A stretch of DNA of 58,984 nt, the filler included, from Sluysia triapertura (taxonomy: Eukaryota): the NCBI GenBank assembly GCA_046118255.1. It is 5 parts of 5 records of this genome, joined end to end, with 100 filler letters (N's around TTAATTAATTAA, not from the genome) between each part and the next. Parts side by side here need not be neighbours in the genome. Positions count along the whole stretch, not along the records: positions 23,390 to 35,222 come from JBJNIA010166036.1; positions 35,323 to 47,717 come from JBJNIA010113089.1; 3 more parts are not named here. One strand, 5' to 3'. This document shows, piece after piece, positions 26,918 to 43,350 of the stretch. The first letter of the stretch is position 1. The number at the start of each line of letters is the position of its first letter. The notes beneath the pieces were generated by a model. It searched no databases, was not told the origin of the DNA, and was given only the letters and a program-made list of their open reading frames with translations. The translations under genes were made by a program, and so were the position numbers.

Positions 26918-27130
26918 CTCTTTCCACAAGCCCGAATATTTCGATAAGCTCTGTATAAGTTCCTGTTGATCAACTTTAAAAGTATTCATTATTCCACTTA
27001 ATTGCGATACAATTTTTGCCACATCTTTGTGATCAGTGATAATTTTACTTAAGGATTTTATTGTTGTAGCAGTAGTACCACTGGTACCTTTATTATCATC
27101 ATTGTTTTCCTCTGCCAATCGTTCCATTTC
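26918..27130 (-). CDS. DNAH5: Axonemal dynein heavy chain exon (EMERLAEE...IITDHKDVAKIVSQLSG...YSGLWKE)
   Basis: AG/GT boundaries in phase 0. K.I.DHKDV.K.V..LS is characteristic of the outer-arm gamma-type heavy chain tail. Confidence 0.85.
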
Positions 27131-27271
27131 CTAGTTTGTAAATAATTAGATAATGATAAATAGATAGTTATTTAATAAATTATTCAGATCTAATATAAAT
27201 AAATCTAATATAAAACTGAACATGCACAGGTGAAGCTGTTTATAGTTGATTGATCATGCAATGTGTTCAGT

Positions 27272-27887
27272 CAGTGTTTCCCAAACTACTATTTACTGAT
27301 ACCAATCAAATCGATATATCGATTTTACATAAATCAATAAGTAACTGATTTAATACATTGTACTTTTATGTTTTTCGCAGATTGTCATAAAAATATGTAT
27401 TTCGTAGATTTGTACTGTTTGTGTTGTTAGGCAACGCTTTGCATCGTTTCTTCCCAGCATTAGTCGAGTTAATCGGTTTGCGAGATACACTAAAAAATGT
27501 CCGCTCCACGCATATGTTTTAAGGCATACTGACATCATGTTCTTATTTAACCGACAAAATTATCCACACATATTTTCCAAACAAATATAGACGAAAATTA
27601 ACAGAGTAACAATACAAACACTTACTTCAGTCCATGAAAATCACTTCATACATTACCGATTTTCTTCTTTAAATTTGAATTTGCAAAACCAATACATAAT
27701 TTACGCATGTTTCACAAAAAGAAACCAAACAACTCTTCAAAAAATATAGTTATTAAGAATATATTATTGTATATTGAAAAAAATTGACGCTTCTTTGTAT
27801 AATACAAAGTGTTAAAAGTACTTTCAAAATAGAATCCCTACGATAATTCTGATGATTATTTCGCTAAGAAAAGTTTGGGAAACCCTG
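27272..27887. mobile_element. Non-autonomous hAT (Charlie/SPIN-like) element in dynein intron
   Basis: TIR pair cagtgtttcccaaact ... agtttgggaaaccctg. No clear 8-bp TSD retained. Confidence 0.8.
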
Positions 27888-28214
27888 TAAAATTTATTAT
27901 TATTATCATTATTATTATCATTATTAATTATTATATTATCATCATTATTATTATCATTATTATCACTATTATTATTNNNNNNNNNNNNNNNNNNNNNNNN
28001 NNNNNNNNNNNNNNNNNNNNNNNNNNNNNNNNNNNNNNNNNNNNNNNNNNNNNNNNNNNNNNNNNNNNNNNNNNNNNNNNNNNNNNNNNNNNNNNNNNNN
28101 NNNNNNNNNNNNNNNNGCTAATTTCTAAAACCAAATAATTGAATAATCATTATTAAATGTAAAAATCACTGATAATATATTTACTATAAAAACCAGAATT
28201 ATAAATAATATTAC

Positions 28215-28471
28215 TTGTTTATGATGCAAATGCATATGAGCCCATTGTTCGATATTTTCGGACATTTTCAAAATAATTTTTACGCCTTTATTAAGTGCAT
28301 GTTGTATTTCATCTAAATTTGGTTTACTGACAATATTTGGTATTTGAAGAACAAGTTGTGTTTGAAACAAAGCTGGTCGATGTCTATCTTCGTATGGATT
28401 GGTTTCTTTCATAAATTTTGTGGTATTTGTTTGTAGACGACGTTTAATTGTATCTAAAGTAAGCCGAGTAC
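28215..28471 (-). CDS. DNAH5: Axonemal dynein heavy chain exon (TRLTLDTIKRRL...LVLQIPNIVSKPNLDEIQHALNK...QW)
   Basis: tttatctag| acceptor, |gtaata donor. L.IPNIV..P.LDEIQ..LNK motif of DNAH5/8. Confidence 0.88.
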
Positions 28472-28939
28472 CTAGATAAAATAAATGTGTAAAGAAACAT
28501 GAAAAGTTTATATTATTAATCGATAACTCATAGAGAAAAATTGATAACTTCTCTATTTATTCTGCATGTTAAATAGCACGAGAATATGAAGTAGTATTGA
28601 CAAGAATTAAATCTAGTAGGGAGTGATAATTAGTACAATAAAATATTAGAAAATATAAATTTGAATATTATTTAATATTCCAATAATGAATAATGAAGGA
28701 TTATTAACTTAGAAGCATAGAAGGGCAAAAATTTATTGATAAAATAGATTGGTAAACGTTATAAGCGAAGGATCATCGAATAATAGGGCGATTTTGGTGT
28801 ACCTAAAATTACTTCAATATATTTATGCCTGACTTTGAATGTGATAAAAAGATTAAAATAAAATTACTTAAAACAATCATTTACTTCGATTAAATGAAAA
28901 TTATACAGTACCAGCAAAAAAGTTCAAAAAACGTAAGGA

Positions 28940-29340
28940 AACACTATTTGCTTCACAAATATCTATATTTATAAATTTAAGTGTCTTTTTATTTACAAAA
29001 ACGAAACATTTGCTTCATCAAAATATTTTCCTCGATTTTTAAAATCTGCAGCACAAATTTATTGTGTAAGACTAGTTGATTGTCCAATATGTTTCAGAGC
29101 ACATTTTTAGAGGTTGGTCATTCTTTCCTCACCTTTCTGTCGAGCTCAACTTACAACAACTCGACAGGATTGAGGTGGCTATTTCATAAGTTTTAATTCT
29201 TCTAAATAATTTTTGCACATTTTATTTGTTTGTTCAGGATCATTATCTTGCATAAGCACAAACTTTCCTGGAAATAATCTTTCTGCAGATTGCTACAAAC
29301 TTTTTGTCGGTACAATTATTCCATAAAGCATTAAAATTTT
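28940..29340 (-). mobile_element. Tc1-like transposase remnant
   Basis: Minus-strand QSAERLFPGKFVLMQDNDP...PPQS, matching the Tc1 QDNDPKH and WPPQSPDL motifs. Confidence 0.75.
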
Positions 29341-31554
29341 ACCTGAGTTTTCAGTGACCTATTTGTCTAGAACATATTATTGTAACAACCTCATAATGCC
29401 ATTATAAATTTTCATTGCTACATTTATAATGATTGTAAATAAAATCATTTTAAATAAAATAATATAAAATTATAAATGTACTTACTTTACAACATCAAAA
29501 TATCCACTTTATATTTCAGAATTTGCAAACAGTGTTTAAAATAGTCAAGATATACTTCCAGAAACACCTTTAAACAATGTGGAGGTTGAAAACACGAAGA
29601 AGGAAGACATTGCGGACCAAACACAGATGCCGATAAAACATGCAAAATCCTCTAAAAAGTGAAAACTAACAGACACAAACCAATACTAACTAGAATGATA
29701 GATATAATTGAATGAAGTACGTAGTTAGCATTATAAAGTCCATTAACTAATTTATAGAGAAAACAGCTAAAGTATTAAATTGATTGGCTAGTAGAATAAT
29801 GAATTAGAGGGATGCAAATTAAATTAAATAGTTCTGAGAAAGAAAATAAACAACATATGAAAATCAGAAATGTGAATTTACAAGTTGTAGTTGGACGAGA
29901 GCATATTTGTTGAAAGAGATTTTACTTTCATTGAATATTTATAAAAAAAAGATCACTCACACAACATGGTTCATTGTTTTAATATATAATGTAAGATCCT
30001 AATATTTCTCTAGATGAAGTGTGTTCTCAAAAATATTCTAGTTTAATATCAAAAAAGATAAGTGTTCCTTGAAATGCTGAAATGCGGACTGAAAAGATTG
30101 AAGATACAAATAGAACATATAAGATTATTTCATGATAATTGAATTAGTCGTTAGATTGTTCGAAAATTTTGTTGCAGTCTTACAGTAAGATGGTCAATTC
30201 ACGCGATTATTCCAGCATTTGTATGAAGCTAAAATTGAATATCTTTATCGATCTAGAAACAAGAGGACATCTTTATTGGCATTGTCTATATTGTCATTAA
30301 CAATAAAGTATTCCAAAGTTTTCAGAATTCCTTGTTTAATTTGCAAAGACGTTTATTGACTAAATAACATATGAGGACTAATAATAAAATTCTTGTCATA
30401 GTTTTCATTCTAAAATTATTGAAAACCTTCAGTCACATTATGGACGTGTCAGGTGCACTTGTTGCCGAGGCCTGTCGGGGGCCCTTAGAGGTCCGACAAG
30501 TGAATACATTGCTTCCGCCGAAAATTTATGTATGTTGACGATATTCTTATAATCGTTTTCTAATCCATGAATTTGGTTTTTATTGTATATATACTTTTTA
30601 AATATCCATACTGTTCGTTACAAATATAATGTAAAACTTCTTTTATTTCTTCAGAAATTTTTGGTAGTGAGGAAATGCTAGATGTTTTTGTAAACAGTTA
30701 TTTTCCTTCGATAAAAATATAAACCAAGAATTTGAAAATGTTTATTTTAAAAAAATGGGGTGGGAATTTTTAAAATATTGGAAAATAAAAGAAGTTTTAC
30801 AGTAATTTTGCGTTATACGTATAGGTCTCATTATTAAGAAAGTACATGTGAAATAATCTCGGCCAGACTAAATAAGTACATAATCGTTTCAATTCATATT
30901 CTCAGTTGATTGAGACATGAAGTGCATTTTTAAAATGTCATATTTATTAAATAAAACCTATTTTCAAACATAATAACATCATAACTAATAAACTAATCAT
31001 AGATAATGTGATATTACACTCTTGTATCTTTCCGAAACTCTTTGACAAAAACAAAACAAAAAAACCGTAATAAAAATTCAGTGAATTGAAAAGTTATTAT
31101 TTGATAGTTTTAAAACTGTTTTTAGTTAGAAAACCAATAAAAAAGTACACTGCTTTTTGGTTAGTCGATAGAATAAATAAACATTTAATCAATATAAAAT
31201 TATTATTATTACTAAAAATTAGCTAAAAGATGTTTAACAATGCTGCATAAAGTAAAAGTACGTGGTACCGGCTCTCATTAAGTAGTAAGCCTACTAATAA
31301 AAGAAAACTAAGAAATTGTTTTTTAAGAGGAAATTTGTAATAGTACTAATTAAGTTAAATATATATATCTGATAAAGAAAGAAGCAGAATTAAGCAATGA
31401 AACGAACAGATGGAATAAAGAATTTCTTGGAAGAACAGAAATTAATGTTTATTGTTAAGAAATACTTTGAAGAATTTCTATAGTATAGATTGTTCTAAAT
31501 ATACCAGGAATCTTATTTCTAAGTTATGCTACTACTTAATGAATCTAGCATATG

Positions 31555-32087
31555 CAGTGGTGGCCAAATTATTATACCAAAACAAGAAAAATATGTATTT
31601 CTTTGGTTTTCTTAATATTTGATACTCCGGCTTGACATGAATTCCATAGAAATCTGTGGGACATTGTCAAAAGGAGAGTTTCTACCCATAAACAAACCAC
31701 CAGGACGGAACTTATTGAAACCCTGATAAAACTATGGCATCATGATGACGAGATCAAAGACTTGCGCCCAAAACTCATCCGTGGCATATGCCTTTAAGGA
31801 TCAGGAAATTCTTGGATAACAAAGGAGGGAAAACTGATACAACAGTTTGTACATATTGTGTTATAATTCTAGATGAATAAAATTTCTGTATGTTTTGGAT
31901 CTCAGTATTTTTATCTATTATTTTACTTTCACCAGAATATTTTGAAGAAAGTAGTTATTTTCCAACATTTTACATTTTCCGAGACAATGTTGTTATACAC
32001 TTTTGATTAATCGTTTCATAGTATCCTTGAAAAATGTTGAATTTTATCACAAAAATGGTCTTTGGTCTAATAATTTGGCTACCACTG
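31555..32087 (+). mobile_element. Internally deleted Tc1-like element with both TIRs
   Basis: cagtggtggccaaattatta ... taataatttggctaccactg. Internal DMNSIENLWDIVKRRV...ELIETLIKLW...NKGGKT. Confidence 0.9.
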
Positions 32088-32269
32088 TAAATACAAATAA
32101 CTAACATTGATCAGTAACACTAAGTACAATTAATGTTTAGTAAATTAATTCATTCATTATTACTCTTATTTTCTGATTTACATCAAGTCCACTTTTATGT
32201 TTATTTTATTGACTTAAGAGCTATCAAATAGGTTTGATTCCGCTTTTATATGGTTGTTTGTGAAGATAG

Positions 32270-32560
32270 AAAAATACCACGTGAAATTCGTTATTATTAA
32301 GTTCTCTAAGACAGTAGACATGTTAATAAATATTTTAATGTCGGTGAAACAGTGATTATTGTGAGATTTAAATGATAAAATAAAATTCTTTAAGGTACTA
32401 CGACGAAGAAGTAAGAGCACACTATTCTTTGACAAGTCATCATCATCAATGAGACATCATCAATCTATAAACTGGAAGAGATTAGTAGCATAATTGATTG
32501 AGAATTATTCAGGATGAGAATCACACATTCTTCAAATCAGGCTTAAATTATTATCGAAAT
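32270..32560 (+). mobile_element. Possible Penelope-like GIY-YIG remnant
   Basis: Decayed VIxKFS..C..KY..VGET...RLN fragments, followed by an (ATT)n tract. Confidence 0.3.
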
Positions 32561-32592
32561 CCTTGTCCAAATAATAAAAATATTTTACTAAG

Positions 32593-32670
<78 letters not shown>

Positions 32671-33601
32671 TATATTGATCTCTAATTCGGAGATACTATT
32701 AAAATTACCAAATCAATATTGTGATGATTTGATTGGTACGCATTCCAGAAGACGTCATAGAATCTGTATTACAATCATGTACATCAAAGAAGTGGCGCTT
32801 TATAAAGTTAACTTACTTTACGAACACCCTGTGTAATAGATAATTAATTTTCATTTTTTACATTTTTGTGATCAGCAAAGAGAGGAAATATATTTATAGA
32901 AAGTGTACTTCTTAAAGTTTGATATGACATTATTACTATTATTATTATTATTATTGAAGATCTATCTTAAATAAAATTAATTCGAATTAATCAGACTTTA
33001 AGAAGCTTTCTATATATCAGTTATAGAGATTGACTTTACTTTGATACCAGGCTGAAAAACAGAAATTAAATAAACAATTAAAACTTAATTATTTTGTATT
33101 TGTAATAATAATCATAATGAATAATAATGATAATAATAATGAATATTAATAATAATAAATGATAATGTTTTTTAGTTGTTTAATTGCAAATATCAGTTAT
33201 GATACTGTCTTTTTTCTGTGTCATAATAATAATTTTTATTACAATAAATTTATTACGTATAAGTAGTATAAGTAGTATAGTTGTAAATCAATATTCAACC
33301 GAGATTTATCAATGCGGTTTGTGAGATTTCCAATTTCCGTTACAATATTTCCATATGAATCAAAAGTATATGACACCCCCCTATTTTTGCTGTATACACA
33401 AACACAATTTATATTATAACAAATTAACAATACTATATTTAATAAATAAAACACCAATAAACACTATTACTTATTTATAGTTTCCAATTTTAATTACTAT
33501 ATTGCATTTAGTTAAATAAATTTCGTTTCAAAGTATAGGACATTTTTATTATATTAGGACTTTCCTCCATGATATTTATATTGTTTTAATATTTACCGTA
33601 T

Positions 33602-33905
33602 AATGGCGCGTGGATTTAAACTTAGTGAATACGAAAAGGGAAAATTTGATGCATATTCCAAAAAAGGGAAAAGTAATGCAAGTATTGCCAAAAAAAGTTA
33701 AACAAATCAAGACATGCGATATCCAATTATTCGGATAATATAATTAGAAAAAGCAATGGCAACAAATGGATCGTTCTAATCGGCAGAAAAGGAGTTTACA
33801 ACTCGCATAATACCAGATTTAGAGCTAAACTGCAGGAAAAACAACAGTATGGAGAATATTAAAAAATAGTGGTGAGGTCGAATTCATTAAACCTCCACTT
33901 ACTGA
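33602..33905 (+). mobile_element. Tc3-like transposase N-terminal remnant (related fragment at ~50990-51080)
   Basis: MARGFKLSEYEKGKFDAYSKKGKSNASIAKK..KSRHAISNY resembles the Tc3 paired-like HTH. Confidence 0.75.
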
Positions 33906-34249
33906 TGCCGGCTTTCTTATTCTTTTAAATAACAATGTATTAGACACTAAAAGTATTCTGAAAGACTTGTGAAGTATGAAGGCTTCACAAGTAATAATTT
34001 GCAGTTACTGATTTTAAAAGAACAAAACTGGGAAAATTTTGGCATTTATTTTATATTCTACCTTTTTACATTTTTATTGCGACGAAAATAAATGTAACCA
34101 TATGTAGGTCAAACCTGAAATATATATATATATATTATAACCGAACCGCAAACTTAAATAAAAATGAGATATGTAATTTTTTCTTTTATGTCATTTTATG
34201 TTATATTCGCTACTATTCATTTTCTCATCACATAAATGATGAATCACCA

Positions 34250-34710
34250 GATTTGCAGTTTGCATCTTATGGAGTGATGAAACTTGCTTCCAACTGAGTT
34301 ATGTATGTTAATAGGCAGACATAATTGTGTTTATTGTAAGCTTCGTATTATTGAAGCGGAAGTCAATGTTCCTGGAGTCACAGTTTGAGCTAGAATCGGC
34401 AGCACTCTCCTAGTTGGCCCATTCTTCTTTGAAGGAACTGTTAATGGTGAGCGTTACCTTGATATGATGAAGACTAAATTGTTTTCTATTGTTATTGAGT
34501 TCCCCCATTTCGGTGATCTTCATTTTCAACAAGATGTGGCACCAGCGCACTACATGAAAGATGTTCGACAATGCCTAAGACAATTGATCAACTAAAACAA
34601 AGTATTCAGCACGAATGGAACCAAATTTTATGGGAAACTTTCTAGAAAGTATGTTGCAGTGTTGTCAAAAGATGTGGTTGTATTGAAGTGAACATTTTGA
34701 ACAATTTTAA
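34250..34710 (+). mobile_element. Tc1/mariner-superfamily (rosa/DD41D-like) transposase remnant
   Basis: WSDETCFQL, PGVTV, VGPFFFEGTVNGERYLDMM, HFQQDVAPAHY. Confidence 0.82.
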
Positions 34711-35147
34711 ATACTAAATATTAAATTTGTCAGTTTTGATATCTAATTTTTATTTAAGTTTATTCTTGTAACTTTTATCTTCGGCAAGTATGAAATTTAA
34801 TGTTCTCACGCCATTTTAATATATTTTAATGGGTTCTCAGTTGACTTATTATTTAAAATAAACTTTTTACATAAATAACAATTTAATTGTAATAATTATA
34901 GATTGAATGATGTAAATCTAGAATAAAAATAAATGATATCCTGTATTCATTTAAACAAATTATTAATAAAAATGTTAGGGACACCATTAAATCTTTTAGA
35001 ATAAGAAAACTATCTCTTTCTTATTTAAGCTAAGGTAAACTAAACAGTGATAGTGTGAATAAGGTTAATTTTAATGTACTTTTAAATCAATCAATTAAAA
35101 ACAAATGAGTTACACCAAATAATAACTTTTATACAAATAAAGTTTTA

Positions 35148-35222
<75 letters not shown>

Positions 35223-35322
35223 NNNNNNNNNNNNNNNNNNNNNNNNNNNNNNNNNNNNNNNNNNNNTTAATTAATTAANNNNNNNNNNNNNNNNNNNNNN
35301 NNNNNNNNNNNNNNNNNNNNNN
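35223..35322. other. Artificial scaffold spacer
   Basis: 44N-TTAATTAATTAA-44N. Confidence 0.97.
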
Positions 35323-35446
35323 TACCAGATAATGTCAAATTGCTGGAAGATTATGAAATATTTAAGAAAAAGGCAAAGTTCTTTCTGTTTCAGAAATATC
35401 ATAGTGAATGATTTACATTAAGCGCCTTTGAGTACTTCCTTTACAG
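35323..35446 (+). mobile_element. 3' end of a CR1/L2-like LINE ORF2
   Basis: PDNVKLLEDYEIFKKKAKFFL resembles the terminal WNxLPxx(V)K....FKxxLKxFL motif. Confidence 0.6.
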
Positions 35447-38425
35447 NNNNNNNNNNNNNNNNNNNNNNNNNNNNNNNNNNNNNNNNNNNNNNNNNNNNNN
35501 NNNNNNNNNNNNNNNNNNNNNNNNNNNNNNNNNNNNNNNNNNNNNNNNNNNNNNNNNNNNNNNNNNNNNNNNNNNNAATAATTTTTTTACTGTAGAAGTA
35601 TATTTTACGATAATAAAATTAAATTTATAATTATAATTTTTACACTTTATTGAATAATACAATCATAATCTAATTTGATGGTCAAAAAAATTAATATGAA
35701 AATCGATATATTAATTTTATATACATTTATTTCTTAATTATTATTCGAAGTGACAAATAATAATTATATACGAAATAAAAACATTTAATATCAAAAATAG
35801 TAATTTCTGTTAACTGTGCTTAATAAATTATCAATTGATAAAGAAATTGTTAAATATATTTTGTTTTTGTGGTTTTTTTACTCAAAGTTTTACAAATAAA
35901 ACATATTAAATTACACAAAAATGAATAATAAAAATAACAATAATAATAATATGCATTTTTTTATTTATTAAATGTATAAATAATTTTATAAAATTTATTG
36001 ATTTTTTCAAAATAATTTATACACTAACTTCAGTCTTTGTATAAATCGACAATAATTAGTCTAATTAAAAAATCGATAAATAGTTTTAAATAAACCTTTT
36101 GAAAATTGAAAAATGAAAAAAGTGTAACCAATTTAATACACTAAAGCTTTAAATCATTGCCTAACAAATATCATGATATTATTTTATTATTAGTTCATCT
36201 ACTATATAATAGTGAGATTACAGAGTTAAATCTTAAAATAATATTTTTCGATTTATTTGATTCATTAAGATATTAATGTGATGCATTTATGTTACTGCTA
36301 TTTCGAAATTTATTATCAGTGTATATTAACGAGTTTAATGCAGACATCTTATGAAAGTGAGAATGTTGATGAAAACATTTAATAATCATTTTGAGAATTG
36401 AGTATTTTGAAGTTACAGAGATCCCAAGAACATTGAGGAAGTCTGAGACTGGCTTTTATGCTTTTAAGAGATTTTGAAATCTTTAAAATATTTGTGAAAT
36501 GTTCACATAGAGAAGAAGGAAAAGGAGTCAAAGTGGTGAAAGTGAAGATATCTTTTAATTTCCCACGAAGTCCTAAATAACTTCATACATCCTTTAAGCA
36601 TAAAAAACAATAAAGTGTGAAATAGATTAATTAATTAAAATCTTAATTAACTCAATTAAGAAAAAAATGTTTTTATAAATAGCATTTGAATTTGGAAGGA
36701 TTCGACCTTTTTAAGAATAAATTAATATTGAGCAAAATCAAATTTTAATTAAATCTCAATTATAAAATGTCAAATTATTCAAATTTAGAATGATGAAAAG
36801 ATAATGAATTGAATAGAAGACGCTTGCTATGAAAAAGGAGAATCTAGAAATAAATTTGAAATATATAAAATGGAGTGTGAATAACAGAAAATTAATTGAA
36901 TTCAAAAAAATAAATTTAAATTCATTATTCTTATATATGTTGCTAATTCTAATGATTGTAGAATAGAGAAAGATAATAGTTGATCATTAATCAAGTTATT
37001 GTGCTGTGTATGTAATAAAGTCTAACAAGAAGTACCATATAATTGTCAGGGCTGTCACTATCGACTCGAATCTCAAATGATGTTCATATGATTTGTATAA
37101 GAAAATGTTTGATTGTAAAAAATTATTCACACAATTTTTCAAGATTCACGAAAAAGTAATTATTTATTTTATTATTATTTTAAATTAAAAATTATTATAA
37201 TTTAATTTGATTTTGTATTATAAATTTTTTGTTATTTTTAGTGATTTGATTATGTTTTATTTTAAATGCTTTTTATTAGTTCGTTTTTGGTTATCATCCT
37301 TGGTGAATTGTGTAATTTTAGATTATTAGTACTCTATTAATTTAATTGTAACTAAATCATTATTGAACTTGTAATTTATCATTTGTTGGTTATAATATTT
37401 ATTGGAGATAAATATTAATTGAATAGTATGAAGTATTTGTTTTCAAAAAAATTTCTAGACTCGTAAAAAACTTATCTGACAGTTGAATGTATCTTACGTC
37501 AATGTAATTCGACTGGTAAATATACTTGTTAATTCTTTTTCTCAATCTATATCAAGAGATCGGAACTCTTATACTCGTTCCGATGTTGACTTATCAAAAA
37601 GAAACTCTTTTATAGCAATTCTATCCTCAATTTACTCGAAATAACAAAACAAACAAATTAACTAAACTATTTATTAATGTATTACAATATATTTAACGTA
37701 TAAAGATAAGAAATTTTGTTATAAAATTTAATCCAAAATAAAATTACTCACTTTTTTACAATCAATTGTAGGAAAAAATGAATTTATTATATGAATTTAT
37801 CACTGTCAATATAAATAACCGGATCTCCAGTGGACGTTCTGTTATTTTCCAAATTAATCCGAAAAGCAATTAATACGATGAGCAAATATCAAGTCGTATC
37901 AGTTCTATTAATTCTCTTTCGATTGTGGTGGTTGTGATTTTATGTAAATCCTTTTATACTAATATTCCATATAATAATAGTAATTTAAATTCATGCACGA
38001 TAGTAATAATATCCAATAGTTAATAATTTAAATAACAACGATAATAATAATAATATATAATAATTCCACTATATAATTTTTCTAATAAATAACGCACACT
38101 AAAATAATTTTCTATACAATTTTTTATAGTATACAGTAGAAAATTTTTCATAACAACAATAATATCTTCAAAATAATAATAATAGTACATTCAATTTTCA
38201 TTAATAGTAACAATAATAATAATAATAATAATAAAAGTAATTATTTTTATTTTGGATCGAATTTTATATTTATTTTATTTTAATAATAATGAATAATTTT
38301 ATTTTATTAATAATGAATAATTTTAACAAATAATTTTAATAATAAATTACTTAATAATAAGTGAATATTATGTTACATAATAATAAAGATGTTAATAATA
38401 CAATAATAGTAACAATAAAATAATA

Positions 38426-39140
38426 TTGGGTTGTTCAAAAAGTAATTTAGTTTTTCCAAACAGAGAATCTAATTGTATTTTTTCACAGCTAACATCAAAC
38501 CTAAGCCGCATAATCATTATATATTTTGACAGCTGATATAGTAAGGCTTGTTTGTTAAAATTTCAATAGTTTTTGATGCAATATCAAAGATGGAAATTCG
38601 AAAGCAGCATTTTCAACATATTGACTTTTTTACTATCGAAAAAGTAAAAATACAGTTCCGAACGACAATGCCAAAATTGGTTTGCAAAATTTCGATGTTG
38701 AAGATGCACCACGTTCTAGAAGGCCCGGTGAAGCCGATGAAGACAAAATAAAGGCACTGTTAGATGCAAACCGCTGAGAGATTAAATTTGTCGATTTCGA
38801 CCGCTCATGATCAAGTGAAACGACTTGGTTTAATTTCAAAATATGATGTATGGGTTCCTTACAGAGCGAAATTTGCTTAGTCGCATTAATGACTGTGATT
38901 TACTTCTCAAAAGTCAAGAAAATGATCCATTTTTGAAACGAGAAATGGTTATTTACAAAAATGTTAAGAGCAAGAAATCATGAAGTAAAAAAGATGAACC
39001 AGCTCAAACCACTTCGAAGGATGATATTATATTATCTATTTGGTGGGATTTCAAGGAGATCGTTTAGTGTACTGTGATTAACTGGACAAATTGAATGATT
39101 AACTCAAGCAGAAAAGGCCAGAATTGGTCAATAGAAAAGA
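38426..39140 (+). mobile_element. mariner (mellifera-type) 5' half, decayed
   Basis: TA followed by TIR ttgggttgttcaaaaagtaa. Fragments MEIRKQHFQHI..FYYRK.KN, FDVEDAPRS, DVWVP, ENDPFLKR, LSIWWDFK, KRPELVNRK. Confidence 0.92.
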
Positions 39141-39142
39141 TA

Positions 39143-41005
<1,863 letters not shown>

Positions 41006-41041
41006 TAATAATTAATCTTAAATTAATTTTATTTATTTAAG

Positions 41042-41138
41042 GCAAGTTTGAATAAAATCCAAATAAAGAATCAAAGTCAAATAATTATTTGTACAATGGA
41101 ATTCACTGACAATCATTTGTTTAATAAATGGAGAGCTG
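41042..41138 (+). CDS. Exon of a probable PH-domain-containing protein (ASLNKIQIKNQSQIIICTMEFTDNHLFNKWRA)
   Basis: AG acceptor and strong |gtaagt donor. Splices in phase to 43351 to give KWRAALLDIIEY, like the PH C-terminal W..AL helix. Not in the ORF track. Confidence 0.65.
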
Positions 41139-41218
41139 GTAAGTTTGGTTTAAGTGTGCTTTATAGCTTCAAATAATATAATAATTTGTGTTGTTAATTA
41201 CATTGCTGTAAATAATTT

Positions 41219-41353
41219 TTAACTTTCTGCTTATTAGTCGAACCTAATGGACTCATCTGTTTATTGAAAAAATTAACTTTGTTATTTTATGGGTCCAATG
41301 GACCCCCATGGTATGCAATGCGTTTATGTTTTTTTGGGTAGGCAGAAGGTTAA
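41219..41353. mobile_element. 135-bp piggyBac-type MITE
   Basis: ttaa-ctttctgc ... gcagaagg-ttaa with an internal gggtccaatggaccc palindrome. Confidence 0.7.
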
Positions 41354-41970
41354 TATATTTACTAAATTCTAGTTATTGTACTACTTTTTGTTGGACAAAA
41401 TAGTATGCTGTTTCATAAGTTTATAATTTAAACATTGTAAATTAAATTATGTTTACTTTTTCGAAAATTTAAAATATATTTCTATCAATAACTAATTAAA
41501 AATGGTTTAAAATGAAAATTTTGGGCTAATAACTATGAACAAAAATTTAAATAGTTTTAATTTTCAAAAATGATAAAAGTTTTACAAAAAAATTTACTAT
41601 CACCAAACATTATTTTACTAAGTAATGCTCAGAAATCGGAATAGTTCATAATTTAGTACTTTAGTGCTGTTTTAATCTTAGAAAACTGCTGCAAATATTC
41701 TAATGTCCGTTTAGGATTTAGTTTATTTTTTATTTCAAGTTGTACTGTATGTTCGGGTATAGCATAAAAACGGTTAAATCCGTTAAATCTCTGGTCAGGG
41801 AAGGGGATTAAATTAACTCAAATGGGATAAAAGTGAAATTTGGATGAAGTAATAACAAAATTATTAAATCATATTGGGTAGTGGAGGAACAAATAAAAAT
41901 AATATTAGTGGGTTAAGGCCCAAAGCGCCATTTAGAATAATGATAGTATAATTGAGTATAATAAAAAAAT

Positions 41971-42027
41971 TGTAGGACGGAGCTGATAGCTTAGTGGTCA
42001 GAACATCGAAATCTGGTCAGTCCATTT
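41971..42027 (+). mobile_element. tRNA-Ala-like element copy B (internally deleted)
   Basis: tgtaggacggagctgatagcttagtggtcagaacatcgaa...ctggtcagtccattt: 5' terminus, A box, acceptor 3' strand. Confidence 0.75.
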
Positions 42028-42582
42028 AATAGCATCTTATTTAAATGAGGTGAATACATTTTATGTGGAGGATATATTAACAAATTTAGAAACAATATTC
42101 AAAAAGAATTTTCTGACATGTTTTGATTGGTTTATCAAAAATAAAACTGAAGTTTTAGCGTCGTTTATAAAAGAAGCACGAATTTAGCTATAGTAATAAT
42201 AATAAACGAATAATAATAGTTGTTAAATGAGCAGTCATAATACGTTTAAACTGTTATGTATTAGTAAAATGGAGAATATAGGCAATATTCTTTTAAACGT
42301 TTAATGTAAAATTTGTAAAGAATATATAAATCTTAATTATCAATATTATGAAAAATAAAAATTCATATAAAACCGACAGTATTGAATATTTTCTGTTATC
42401 TTTTCTAGAACAGTTAGATGCAGAAAATTAGTATCAATTATATGTTGTATAATTTTAAAAATATGTCAGAATTTGTTATTAATTTCTTTAACGGTTAGAG
42501 GAAGTTGTACAACTGCGTAGATCTAATGCTTCATTTTTGATCTTTTTTCTGTTAGATTTTAATAAATATTTTTGATTTATTG

Positions 42583-43169
42583 TTAACCCTTTAAAATTAA
42601 AGCTGCTCTAGGTAAAAAAGCAAAAAATAAAAATTATTTATTTTGTTTTAGAACAATATTTTAGCAAGAATAAAATTTAAAACACATTTTTCTTACATTT
42701 AGAACGAAATATATTATCCTTCTCTAAGTTGATCTTCTTGCAATTTGAAGTTGTTATTATGTCTATTTTTGGTGTAAAATGACAATTTCAATTGGAGCTT
42801 TGCGCAAAATGTTTCATTGTACAATAATATTTTCTCTAACTTAATTATTTTTGGTACGGAATAGAAATTCGACTTACGAAGATGTATATTTCTATATTTC
42901 ATATTTTTGCCTCTAAAATAAAATACATTGTCTACCTTCTTCCATAAGTTGAAATTCTTCAAATTTGAAATCTTATCAATACTTATTTTAAGTATAAAAT
43001 GGAAATAATTCTTTATAATTAGATCAAATAGTAACAAATTACGTGAGTTTCTATGTCTTGTGCGTCTAAGTGAAATCAGATATATTCATAAAATAAATAA
43101 GCAATTCATCAGATCACTTATTGATGACAGCCGTTTCTCACAAAAATTTCTCTGAAGTTATAGGGTTAA
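42583..43169. mobile_element. piggyBac-type non-autonomous element
   Basis: ttaa-cccttta ... tataggg-ttaa termini. Confidence 0.6.
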
Positions 43170-43350
43170 ACAATTGCAAAATCTATGGAATCTTTAATAT
43201 TATTGATGTTATCATAATTATTAATAATTATTAATAATTTACCAGGTGCATTATCAGTGATGTAAACTAAGTAGAATTAAATAAATCATAAAATATAAAT
43301 TCAACTTAAATTTTATTGTTATAAATTCATTATTTTATTGAATAATTTAG

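Noticed and set aside
29900-30530. hAT-like transposase remnant with a GC-rich terminus
   Set aside because: Motifs too decayed and no TIR pair found.
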